Source: Blasia pusilla
Lineage: Eukaryota
NCBI GenBank assembly: GCA_050084515.1
Contig: CM114271.1
Span: 12,586,001-12,650,000 of the forward strand
Direction of reading: 5' to 3'
DNA length: 64,000 nt
The notes below the pieces were generated by a model that was not told the origin of the DNA, ran no database searches, and worked only from the letters and a program-made list of their open reading frames with translations. Position 1 is the stretch's first letter; every line of letters begins with the position of its first letter. The position numbers and the translations under genes are program-made. Shown here piece by piece: positions 29,086 through 40,480 of the stretch.

Positions 29086-30872
29086 CGTGTTTCCGAAATG
29101 CTGCTGCTTGATCCGCTACTGCGCCTGCTACGTCGACTGCCTAACTTCTACAAACAGACGCGCGCAAGCTCAGCCGGGAGCTATTCTTCGCAGCGCGTAA
29201 AGTACGATTTCAACAATACTCGATCAAAATCTTGAATTGCAGCACGAAGATTACGAGTAAATTTCACAATAATCAGTCAGTTTCCCTTCCTGCTCCACTA
29301 CCAAATTCCCCCACAGTCTCTCTGTCTCTCTCCCCCTCCCTCCCTCCCTCCCTCCCTCCCTCCCTCCATCGATCATCATCAGACCACCGCAACAAAGACG
29401 ACTACCGCTCCAGTCGTTCAAAGAAAGAACGGGTGCACGGAGTGCAGAGGAAGCGAAGACGCGAAACGCGGGGCGATCCCACACAGGAGTAGTACACAGA
29501 CCACCATCGAAGGCGTCGCTAGATTTGGAACTCCGCATCACCTCCGACCCGCAAACGCAACCAGGTCGACTTCCACTACGTAAAAGCCACCTCAGAAAAC
29601 AAACCAGTAAAATCGAAAATAAAACTAAAAATCAAACACGCACCACCTCAACCAGACCAGTCAATCACGCTCGCTCACCGCCACAACAGCTCTCCCACAG
29701 CACCCGCATCACCCGCCCCTCCAAAATAAAGCACCATTCAAAAACACTACAATTTTTCCCAGCTTCCTCCACCCCGCTCACTCTACTTTTCTTTCCGTCT
29801 TTCCCACTGTCCAATTCTTACCCCGCACTCGACGCTCCACGGCCCTACACGCTCGCTCGCACGCCCTGCTTCAAAACAGAGTAACAGACGACGCGCACAC
29901 ACACACATACCGAACGAAGAAATCCTGCAGCAGAGACTGGAGGCGGCAAATTCCGGAGGAAGACGAGACTGACGACAGCGCCACGAATGTGAACCGCGGA
30001 TCGTGCAACCGAAGAAGAGTGCTCCTCTTCCGTTGCAAAAGGCCGAGGCGAAAGAGGAGCGTGGCAGAAGCCGAGATTAACGAAGGGCCAAAACAGGCGG
30101 ACGCGAAAGAAGCGCTAGAAGCAGAGCTAAGACGAGAGGCGCAAAGTAGAGGAGGAGGAGGAGGCGTAGTAGGAGACAACCAAAATAGATAGACGGACGG
30201 ACTCCGTTGGCTTCCCCGTCTAAGCGGGAGCACACGCGAGACGGAAACTCACCCATTCCGACTCCGAGACGCCACGCCGGCACACCGAGGCAGACTTGAG
30301 CCAAGGAACCCCCATATGGGCTTATATGGGGGTTGCTCCAAACTACGACTCGGGCATGGGAATACGCAATGAGGAGGCGGGTCCGTATGCGCCATTGTGT
30401 ATGCAAATTTTGTTTTTAGGGGAGAGAAATTTAATTCAAGGCTATCGAATTAAGCTCGCCAATGGCTTACCACTTCTTGGACGTATTTGTTTGCACGTAC
30501 TTGCATCGAGGACCATGGTCATAGAGAGGTTGACCTCTACTCCTTGTGCGCTCCGAGAAGAGTACTCGACTTTGAGATCTACGAGATCTCAAGTCTTCCA
30601 AATCTCAAAGATCTTTGAGATTTGGAAAACTAGTCATGTGTTCTATAGGTTGAGTCAATGACCGCTGACTACTCTCCAACTCGTTAGCTACTTGCTTACA
30701 AATAGAAACTTGATTAAGGCTCTTCCATCTCTTGCCTCGTAGTATGTTCCTACGAGTAACTTCGCCTTTTTTTTCGTGGAACTAGTCTCAAAGCTTACAC
30801 AAACACGCACGAACGCCTTTTTTTTCGTGGAACTAGTCTCAACGAGACAAGAAGTACCAAAATATCTCCAAT

Positions 30873-31389
30873 TAAAGTAAGTTCCAATTTCTCTCTACAC
30901 AATCTCACACCATAGCTCTCAAAGGTGTGCACTCTCTCTCATGTCAAACCAAACCCACTCTCCTAATGAGAGGCTTGGGTGACACTCACAAGGCAAGGGG
31001 ACCATAGCTCCGCCATCTCATGCCAAGAGGTTCGACAAAGAGAGAATGAGTTCTCAAGCTCTCTCTCTTGGGATATATACCCCTCTCCTCTCCCAAGCTC
31101 TCTCCGTGGTAACCTATTCTCCCAAGTCACCTCCTTGGCTCTTGACCTGATGGAGGAGGTCAAGGGCCACTTACCAAAAAATAGAAAGACGATCATATAC
31201 TCAAAATGGTACTTACATAAAATAGTAAGTTCCTCAATATGGCTCCAAATGAGCCAAAACGAAGGGGAAACCTGCTCTCTCAGGTTTCCCGGGGCCTCAG
31301 CAGGTCATCCTCGACCTCCTAGGCCTGTCCTCCATTACTCTTGAAGACGCTCTACTAGATCTCACTAATCTATCCTAAAGGACGTGACA
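30873..31389 (-). repeat. 3-prime terminal direct repeat (LTR core)
   Basis: About 10 differences in 517 bp versus 40481-40997 (hand count). Ends ...GGACGTGACA on the plus strand. Confidence 0.95.
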
Positions 31390-31705
31390 GCTGTCGTGCG
31401 CATACATATCGCTACACAACATACATCGCTGTCACCGAACACACACACAAACACGCACGATCCCATGCTAACTCGTGGCATCCAAACAACGAGACAAGAA
31501 GTACCAAAATATCTCCAATCGCCCCCCTAGCTGGTGGTTAGGTCCCTCTAACTCCAGATAGCCATCTATCCCTACCTACCATGACATACATCTCTCGGAC
31601 GCTAAGAGCAAGAAGGCCAGGTGCTCATGTGGCCCCGTCGTTAGTCGCCTTCCTATCATCCATGTTAGAGAAAAATTCGGGATCAAAACCTATCTAGTAT
31701 CTCCT

Positions 31706-31846
31706 CTATGTATATCTGGGACATATCCATCGTCCCCGAGGAACCCTAGTGAGAGGTGGCGTCAGACATGCCATATGCCAACCTCTCGAACAACCATCAC
31801 ATACCAGCATCGTGGCCGCATCACGGACACAACCATACAACATACA
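31706..31846 (-). pseudogene. PHD finger at the C-terminus of the integrase
   Basis: CMLYGCVRDAATMLVCDGCSRGWHMACLTPPLTRVPRGRWICPRY fits C4HC3 with the PPL..VP.G.W.C signature. Two Cys positions read Tyr (TAT, one transition from TGT). Confidence 0.9.
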
Positions 31847-31849
31847 ACG

Positions 31850-32945
31850 CAAGCCTACAAGAACTACTGCTAAGCTCGGATCCACTGTACCATCAATGTT
31901 AGGAAGGTGACATGGTGCACAATTACGATCATGGTCCTTCCATACCATACCATCGCGTCCCTCCAACAAGAGAACACCGGATGGCAAAACGTAACGCACT
32001 CTCAAGATAGTGCGCCCTGTAGTCACATCCAACGTCGTTGGTGCCGTCTGCTGCAAGTAGACATAATCTCCCTAATAAAACCTCCAGATAGTTGGTCGAT
32101 AACCACCATCCCGAATAGTCGTATATCTCAACGTATCTAGATGTTGCGCAATCGCCAAGTTCTCGAACACCATGGGCATCACTCTCCGAAATAACTCAAC
32201 TCTCTGAGAACATGCTCGCACCCATACATCTTGGTCATCAAGGTCTAGCACCTCACCATCATCTTGATGAATGGCCGCAGGTAAATCTGGCTCTCGGCCA
32301 TAAAGTAGCAAGTACGGTGAAAAAGACGCTAAAGATGCCTGCCTGTTGAATCTGTATCCCATCGCCAACCATGGCAACTAGAGGTCCCAATCTCCTAAGT
32401 GACCTTTCTGCAAGCCATACTTGTGTAAACCCCTCTTCACTGTCTGCACAACTCTCTCCGCTAATCCATCCGCCTCGAGATGATCTCACGAAGTCGTGCG
32501 GTGGTCGATCAACGCCTGATCACACAAGGCTTGGAACTCACCGCGAAACTCGGTACCCTAGTCTGTCAACACCTCAGCCGGTGCGCCATAATGACTCAGC
32601 ACTCTGTCAAGGAAGGCATAAGCTACTCCCTCACTCGCTTTGTCAGGCAATGCAACCAACTCGATCCACTTCGAGAAGTGCTCGATCATCACCAACACAT
32701 AACGACTATGACGCTCCGTCAAAGGCAAAGGTCCTGCAAAATCCAAACTCCATCTATACCCTAAGCCCATGATTGGTAATCGATGCAACTGTGGAGTCGG
32801 AGCATTAAACCATGCTTGGACCCGATCACACACCATGCACCTACGAACAGACTCGCCACCAATACTGAATCTGGAGCAAGTTGTACATACGCTTCACCCC
32901 AAAGTGACCCAACTCCTCATGGGCATGTTGCACTAGTCGTGCTCT
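31850..32945 (-). pseudogene. int: DDE integrase (disrupted)
   Basis: HHCC region HAHEELGHFG...YWW...CMVC. Catalytic WSLDFAGP, VLTD*GTEF and DGLAERVVQTVK. FSPYLLLYGREP. Stops and frameshifts are present. Confidence 0.92.
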
Positions 32946-33319
32946 CTACAAAGGATGCGGCACTACGCGTACTCTGACATCCTCCCAAACCCTCAAAACA
33001 TGTGTCCCCTCCCAACGAAACCGTCTGGCCCGCTGTAGGATCCGATCCCGCTCTCTCGCATCCACGGTGCTCGCAACGCTGCCAATATGAAGGTACTCCA
33101 AGACTACTCCATCATCATGAATATCTCGGCCACTTGTCGTGTCCTCACTAGCCTTAGGATCCAAGGACTCTCCACTAGACCTCGCCATCGAAATCTCCAC
33201 ACTCTGGCTCTCCATAGCCAACATGCCTAAATAGGCTCACGCGTGCCATCCTGGCACTGACTCCTCATCACTCTCTCCATGCCATCGAGCTCGAGTCGCA
33301 TCTCGCTAACTCGGGCATG

Positions 33320-33743
33320 GGTTACAACTCAACCCATCTGCATCCTGGTTGAGCGTCTGAGGTCTATGTACCAGCTGAAAATCCTATTCCTGCAACGACA
33401 GAGCCCATCTCGCAAGCTTCCCTGTAAGCTTGTCGGACTCCATCAACCACTTCAGTGGTTGATGATCAGTGATGATGGTAGAGGGGTTGCCGAATAAGTA
33501 ACACCTGAAATGTGAGACAGCCCACACCGCAGCCAAGCACTCACCCTCATACGAGTTGTACTTCGCCTCTACAACGTTTTTCGAGCGGCTAGCACAAGCC
33601 ACCACGAACTCTCTACCCTCATCATGATGTTGGGTGAGCATTGCTCCAAGCCCCAACATGCTCCAATTTGTGTGCAACTGGAAAGGACGCCCCCGGATCG
33701 GTCTCCTCAAGATGGGCGCAGACGTCAACCTGTCCTTGAGCAA
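33320..33743 (-). pseudogene. Ty3/gypsy RNase H
   Basis: LTSAPILRRP, FQLHTNWSMLGLGAML, YNSYEGECLAAVWAVSHFRCYL, ITDHQPLKWL, LARWAL, NQDADGLS. Confidence 0.93.
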
Positions 33744-33762
33744 CTGAAATGCTTGCTCTTAC

Positions 33763-34757
33763 TCATCCCCCCAAGTGCCACTCATGATCCATCTTTGTCA
33801 GCAAGGTCAGGGGCTTCGCAATCGAACCGAATCCCTTGACGTACCGCCGATAGAAGTTTGCCAATCCCATGAATGCGCGAATACGGCTCACATCTGTAGG
33901 GCGTGGAATGCATGAGATAGCCTCTACCTTTGTTTGCTGAACACCAAGGCCCCCTAGGTATATCGTATGACCCAAGTACTCAATCTGATCGTAGAAGAAC
34001 TTGCACTTTCTTGGATGTAGCTTCAGCCCATGTAATTGCAATCGTCGAAACACCTCCTCTAGATGTCGCTCATGCTCCTCAATCGCGGTGCTAAAGACTA
34101 TGATGTCATCAATATAACACCTAGCAAAATCCAGACCAGCCAAGATCCTATCCATGACCCTTTGAAACTCAGTCGGGGCGTTCTTTAACCCAAATGGTAA
34201 GAACCGCCACTGGTAACAACAATCCTTCCCGTGAGGATTGATGCCCCAAAATGCCGTCTTCGCTTGTCCTCCAATCTGATAGGCAATTGATGGTATCCGA
34301 CTCGCAAATCCAATGAACTGAAGACCTTTGCGTGACCAATCGCATCAAAGATCACCTCAGGGGTGGGCATGGCATACCTATCGGACTTCGTCTGTCGATT
34401 GATAGGTCGGTAATCCCCACACATCCGCCTATCCGTCCAGTTGCAATGCACATCCTTCTTGGCGGGCATGACAGTGGCAGATGCATACTCCCCATGGGAC
34501 ATCTCCACTAGTCCTGCTCCGACCAAGTCCTGGCTCCTACTCTGAATTAGAGCCCTCTCAATATCACTATACTTGTAGGGTCGTCGAAAGATCGGCGTAT
34601 CACTCGACAACTCAATGCAGATCTCCGGTCCCTTCAGCGTACCCAAATCCTCCATGCTAAATGCAAAGCAGCTCCTATAACTCGTGAGCAACTGATGTAT
34701 CCAGCGCCGCTCTCCTCCCGTCAACTTAGGGCCCATATCTTGCTCCCAAGTCTCCAT
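33763..34757 (-). pseudogene. Ty3/gypsy reverse transcriptase (frameshifted near 34260)
   Basis: RRPYKYS, YASATVMPAKKD, RMCGDYRPIN, FSSLDLRVGYHQL, KTAFWG, LPFGLKNAP, CYIDDIIVFS, KCKFFYDQIEYLGH. Confidence 0.95.
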
Positions 34758-35104
34758 CGTGACTATGGTAGGACTCTCTGGCGCGGGTATCGGTGGTTGC
34801 TATGGTGCAACCCCGTCTCGAACAACAACGCTCGACTGCTCTTCTGCAGCCAACTGCAAACTCTGATCTCCTCCACATGCAGTGCTCAGAATCACACTCG
34901 ATGTTGTGGCTATCATCTCCTGGCGTACCTGCAAAACATCCCAAGAAGTCCAAGGGTGTCTCTCCCGATCTCCCCTAGTGTGTCGATCTCCTCGGGTCTC
35001 GTCCCCAGCCACTGCCTCCACCGTCTCGATAGGCATGGGGCTCACCAACGCAACCGCTGTGATCTGTTGCGATCTCATCCGACGTTGCTCAGCCACCCCC
35101 AAGC

Positions 35105-36395
35105 TGAAGATCCATATCAAGCAGTTCAGATCCATCGCCTGATCCAAGACATGGCGTCGTGATGCCTCTGATATTGACCGGACTGCCATCACTCTTATGG
35201 GAAATCCCAACGCCCGCTTTCTCTTGTCGGCGTTGGGATCCACCAACCTCTAAACTTGGTCATCCCAAACCAAGCCAGGACCGGCCTCCTTGTATGCATA
35301 AGAAGCAGGAAAACTCACAAACGTGGGAAAAATTGCCCGCGGCCTGCCTACCCTGTTGACCACAGTCAGCGGTGGTCGATCATCGTGCCTCACTGCTTGT
35401 GATTGATGACCAGGATCTAGAATGGAATCCACTACCAAATGGGAGGGGCGCTCCACTCTCGCATACACCCTCCGTAACACCGCATGGGGCAACAAGTTGG
35501 TCCACCATAGACGCGGACGATGGGCTCTAGAACCTACACTCGCCGCATCCAAGAACACTGTTGGGCCAATCCAGGCACGCACCTGATGAGCACTCGTCAC
35601 CACCCGTGACCTGGAGTCTCCTAAGATTGGCACATTCTCCATAATGTAGCCTGGAGAACGAGACTGGTGCTCTTGCAATTGCCATAAGACCCTCAACATT
35701 TTCCAAAACAATCTGGACCGAGTATCAACCAACCCGCTGCCTTGTCCAGCACTCGATTCGCCTTGACATGGCCAACCGGCAATGACCAAATCAATGGTCC
35801 CTACCCGCTCTAAGTCCTGTGCCCCCAACAACGAAATATCCCTCGGTAGGGAACTTTGGTACCCCTGTATTGCGGACGCAGACAATAAGTCGGGAGAACG
35901 TAGGCGTAACTGCGCCACATATTGTAGTGAGACGCGCCTTGCAACATCATCACTCTCCACATACAAGTACTGTTGTACTTGCACTCCTCCCTGCAAAACA
36001 GCAGCTAACTTGGTGCTAATCCCTCCAAAGAGATCTAACACTCGAATAACCTCCTCCGGGGTACACCACACAATGGATGTGGTATCCAAGGGTGTCATCG
36101 TAGCACTTCCTGCTACCTCGTGTTCCTCAGAATCGTCACGCTCCGGTGCAAACGCCTCGCTCCATGCGGTCTGCACGTGCTCATCTGCCAATCGTCGAAG
36201 CTCCTCATTCGAGCCCCACAACTGCATCTCTCCTCCACCAAATGATGCAGCTACCATAACACTCCTCTCCATAGAAATGTCATGAATAGGAGTATCCTCT
36301 GCATGGACATGTCCCTTGATCAAATCACTAGGCCAAGAGATGGCACTCCTAAATGCTGCTAAGGTTGCCATCTCTCCTCGCCGTTGCTCGATCAT
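35105..36395 (-). pseudogene. DNMT3-like C5 DNA cytosine methyltransferase domain embedded in Pol
   Basis: Motifs in canonical order: I IRVLDLFGGIST, II YLYVESD, III PRDI, IV IDLVIAGWPCQ (35763-35771), V DTRSRLF, VI YIMENVP (35631-35639), VIII AHRPRLWWTNL. After an in-frame TAG at 35252-35250 come IX (ADKRKRALGFP) and X (SRRHVLDQAMD). Confidence 0.93.
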
Positions 36396-36446
36396 TGCAC
36401 ATGTGAATCGAACGGGTAATGAACTAAGCCGCCCATCACTTGACTG

Positions 36447-37526
36447 TCATCCTGGTTTGTAGGACGCTGACTCCTCCCAATAATCCAGGGAAAACCCCAT
36501 CGGGTATAACATTGCTCCACCAACCAAGACGTTGTAGGACTCTACATCAGTCACTATCGTCTTGGCTCGCACCACGGACTCATCTGTAGGATGTCTCGCG
36601 CGAATTCTCACCACGATCTCATGTCGGGTGATATAGTGTGTGGTACTCGCTCCACCCAAGGATGTCTGTATCCGGAATGGACAACACTCCACATCGGCTC
36701 TCGTCAAGCCCAATCCTCTGAATGACGCTCTCCCCAGCATCAGGGGTTGCGCTCCTGAATCCAACAAGACGCGTTGCGAACTAAAAGCTCTACCTCCAGG
36801 ACTCACCAACTGGAAGACCTCTCCTCGGTTATCCAGCAACACAACACCAGGAGAAGCCATGGCACGCTCTATCACGGGTCTAGCGGGCATCTCCGCCATC
36901 CTAGCAGCCGCAGCCTGCCATGAATCTGAAGTGGACGGTCCAAGCATCTGCTCCAAGGGCAGGTCCATCACCTCCTCTGCAATCATCTCTAAACGTGATG
37001 CAGGAACTCCAACTCCGCGCTCACATAGCAAAGCGGCCAGCCAAAAAGCCTCGGCGGGCGTACCCCCCAACGTCATAACATCGGAAGCAGAAAATAAAGG
37101 AGTGCGACACACAATAGTGGCCGCCCCCAACAATATGCTCGACACATGCCCCTCCTGAGCATCAACAATAGGAGTTGTCGCACTCGCTTCTCCCATCGCC
37201 CTCCGTGCCTGCACACCAACAACATCACCAACTCTCAAGGAACTTTGATGAGGACCCATCGATGGGGTCCTCATCGCTTCAGACAACGTGAAAGACTGAG
37301 GAAGCCTAATCTGTTTTCTGGCTTTCCCTCGCTGTGGATCCAACTCTGCGGCTGCTCCACGCGTCACAACTACGGCGGCCTCCATCGAGGCAACCCCGCA
37401 CATCCAACCAGGATCCTCCAGATCTTTGGCTGCTCCGTATGATGTGGATGCCACACATCCGGCATCAAGTAACCTCCATGCCATAGCGGCAAACTGCTCC
37501 TGTAGCTGTTGTATCTGAGCAGCCAT
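36447..37526 (-). pseudogene. Retroviral-type aspartic protease (C-terminal part of ORF) with upstream linker
   Basis: RVLLDSGAQPLML catalytic DSG and C-terminal YNVLVGGAMLYPMGFSLD. The ORF ends at a TGA that is in frame with the DNMT ORF. Confidence 0.88.
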
Positions 37527-37699
37527 CCCAGCCTCACGTCCGGCGTCTCCCTCGGCGCGTCTAGGTGGTGGTACTCTACCTCCTCCACGGGCAGCTCCAC
37601 CACCTTGTCAGGCAACTCCAACTCCTCGTCCCCCAACGGGACCACCTGGTGCACGATCTCTAGGTCCACCCGGACCGGCTACTCGCTCTGGTGCCCTCT

Positions 37700-38950
37700 C
37701 TGGCCCTCAGTCCGGACGTTACTCAGGATGTAAACTGAAACACCTGACACGTGTATGACCATACCTCTAACAAAAGTCACACTAATAACCTCATGGTGCA
37801 GCACTATCTCCTCCTCCACACGTCCATGACCCTGACGAGTGCAATCGCGCTGATGATGGACTCCACCATATGACCAACAAGTAATAGTAGGCGGCTGCTG
37901 CTGAGCCACATATGAAGGCATAGGTCTCTGTGCCACGGGCTCCCGATATCCTCCCTGAGCTCGTGGTGCCACAGTTGACCTATCTTGGAGTCCACGTTGC
38001 TGCATAGGTGGTGCAGCCAATCGCAACTGCTCTCGCCCAGAACCCATGGTGGCTACGCTCTCCTCCGCCATATTGCGCTCAATGTTCTCGGCGGTCCTAA
38101 AAACATCTCTCAACGTCGGGGAGGTGTTCATAAGAAGCACCCCTCCCGCACCTGTGGCCGTAGGGTCTGGTCCAGCATCGCGTACCATGACTGGATAGCC
38201 TGAGCCTCTGTCATCCCTGAGTGACGTTGATCAACCGGCGCAAGCGAGTGTAAGCCTTACGTAAACTCTCACCCGGACGCCTCTGGAAGTTGTGGATGCT
38301 CCGCAACTTCTCGGTCCGTACCCCCTGGTAGCTCGCCCTCAACTCAGCAAAGAACTCAACCACGGGGTTGAACTTGGGACGAACCCGACTAGACGGTGCA
38401 ACTGCTCGAGTGCGAGTGACCCCTCCTAAAACATCACTAGTGGAAGAGGAAGTAGCCTCTCCTGACTCCTCCTCCTCATCTGGGAATGGCTCCGTCCATG
38501 ACACATAGTGTGGGTCGTAGTAGAGTCGCCATGCCTCAATCTCCTGGGCATATCTGTGGGAGAACTCATGATAATCCTCCACGGGTGCCCCCTCTAAATG
38601 CTGGAACATACCGTTCCATGTTGTAAATGAGTTGAACCAACTCCTAAACTCTACTATGAAATCATGCAACTCAATCGTACCTACTGCACTGAAAACTTAC
38701 GCGGTCCTCTACCCCGGTCGTCCATCTCGTACGCCCAACTGGTAGGACCACTCACAATGTGTGGCGATGTGCTCACAAACTCCTCTACACCCTCCCCCTT
38801 GTCTGACGATGACACAGAAGGAGGTCGAGGTGGTCCCTCAAGTGAAGACCCTCGGAACCTCACGCCACTCCGCGTAAAACCTCTAGAGCTACTCTCGGGT
38901 TCACCACCTCGCCTCTCAAAGTCCCGAACGGACGCCGTGATGACCCTTGT
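37700..38950 (-). pseudogene. gag: Retrotransposon gag with two zinc knuckles (disrupted)
   Basis: FQRRPGESLRKAYTRLRRL. Knuckles CWSYGGVHHQRDC and CDFC*RYGHTRVRCFSLHP (CX2CX4HX4C, ~37725-37780). Confidence 0.88.
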
Positions 38951-40480
38951 GCCCTTCTCACCGGATCACTCTTGCCTCGCGAGTAATCCCTCAATCACTC
39001 ATCCCAAACATGCGGCACTCGATCTACACTCTCCCTCCCCGAGACATGTAACGTGCAGCAATAAGCGGCGTGGTGGGGCAAATCGACCAGGCTATCATTT
39101 CATCGATAACCTACCCTCAACTCCGGACATCCCACGCAGGTCTATGTCTCATAAACCACATACATAAATGATGCTCTCAGCATCCACACACCCAGTATCC
39201 CCAAATAAACTACCCAAATCCCAGAATCCCTCAGATGAGCAGGGTAAAGGATCAGCATGGGTAACCTGAATACTTGTCAATGTCGCTCCTCAGCAACTAC
39301 AAATCTCGACCCCAACTCGGTCGTGGAGACAACTCCTCCAATCAGCAAGTCATACTCCTCCCGTACTGATGTTGCTCAAAACTCCTCGATAGGCGGTGCG
39401 GTTCCAGCAGAACGGTGCGGTGTTGCAGGCGGCACGGAACGGCTACAAACGGCACGGCCCTCGATGATGGGATGTGGCACTCGACGGCATACCCTCCTCA
39501 ATCAACAATCAACCCACATTCTGCTCCACAATGCCGGAGCGGTTCCGCGATGGAGACGGTGCGGTGCGGCCACGAGCGGCACGGTGCGGCAATCGGCGGC
39601 GCGTTGCGGCTACGGGCATCACGGCACCATACCCGATCGTTGTTGAGCGGCTACCAATCACAACATAGCAACATGAAATCAAAACTCAAACACTATAACA
39701 TGAGGTCATATGCCATCACAAGTTGATGACGATGGCGGCCAAAACAAAGTATGTGATGACGACGCAAGTCTGAGAATCAACGAACGTTGTGGAAGACCCT
39801 CCACTCCGTAACGGCGGCAATGGCAACCAAGGGTGGACAACGGACGATGGACCATTGACGGTGACGGTCAAACGGTTGACCCTTGACGGTGACGGTTGAC
39901 GTTTGACGGCGATGGCCGCCGCCGGTGTGGCGGCTGGTTTAGGGTTTGCACATTTTAACCCTAAAAATCGCCTAGCAATGGCAATTTTGCAAGATTGACC
40001 ATAACCTTTTGCTTGCAACTCCAAATTGCGCACTATTTATTGCACAGCTTGCACACTTCACGATCTATGCCAGCATAAAAAAATATTTTGAATCGGACAT
40101 TCCAATAAAAACTGACGGGGACTGTCGTAAAGCCCATTGTCTCTTTCTCCTACACAAAATTCCTCCCAAAAAAATGTAAAACCTATAAAAATGCAAATCA
40201 GCAAGCGACATGGTGCTCCCAAAAGCACCGGCATGGAGCAACCCGCCCCCATACTCAATCCCTATCAGAAATTCGGCAGCGCTTCCGCGCGCCACTCTTC
40301 CACACGAAAAATCGGCAAATACAGAGAACAATCCAAGCAACCCTTGCTCCGATGAGCACTCCCATGAGCCGTTGAACGGGGAACACGGTCCCCAACTTGT
40401 GAAAACAGCGAGTGACCAGCGAGCTCCCCCATGAAGCTCTATCACTCTCTCATTCTCTCATTCTCTTAATTCTCTCTTTG

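Noticed and set aside
35250-36395. Bacterial restriction-modification methylase or contamination
   Set aside because: It is in frame with retroviral PR and RT inside terminal repeats, flanked by spliced plant genes, and has no cognate nuclease.
34695-37442. Long plus-strand ORFs opposite PR/DNMT (e.g. 35782-36285, 36640-37158)
   Set aside because: Antisense shadows with no motifs of their own.
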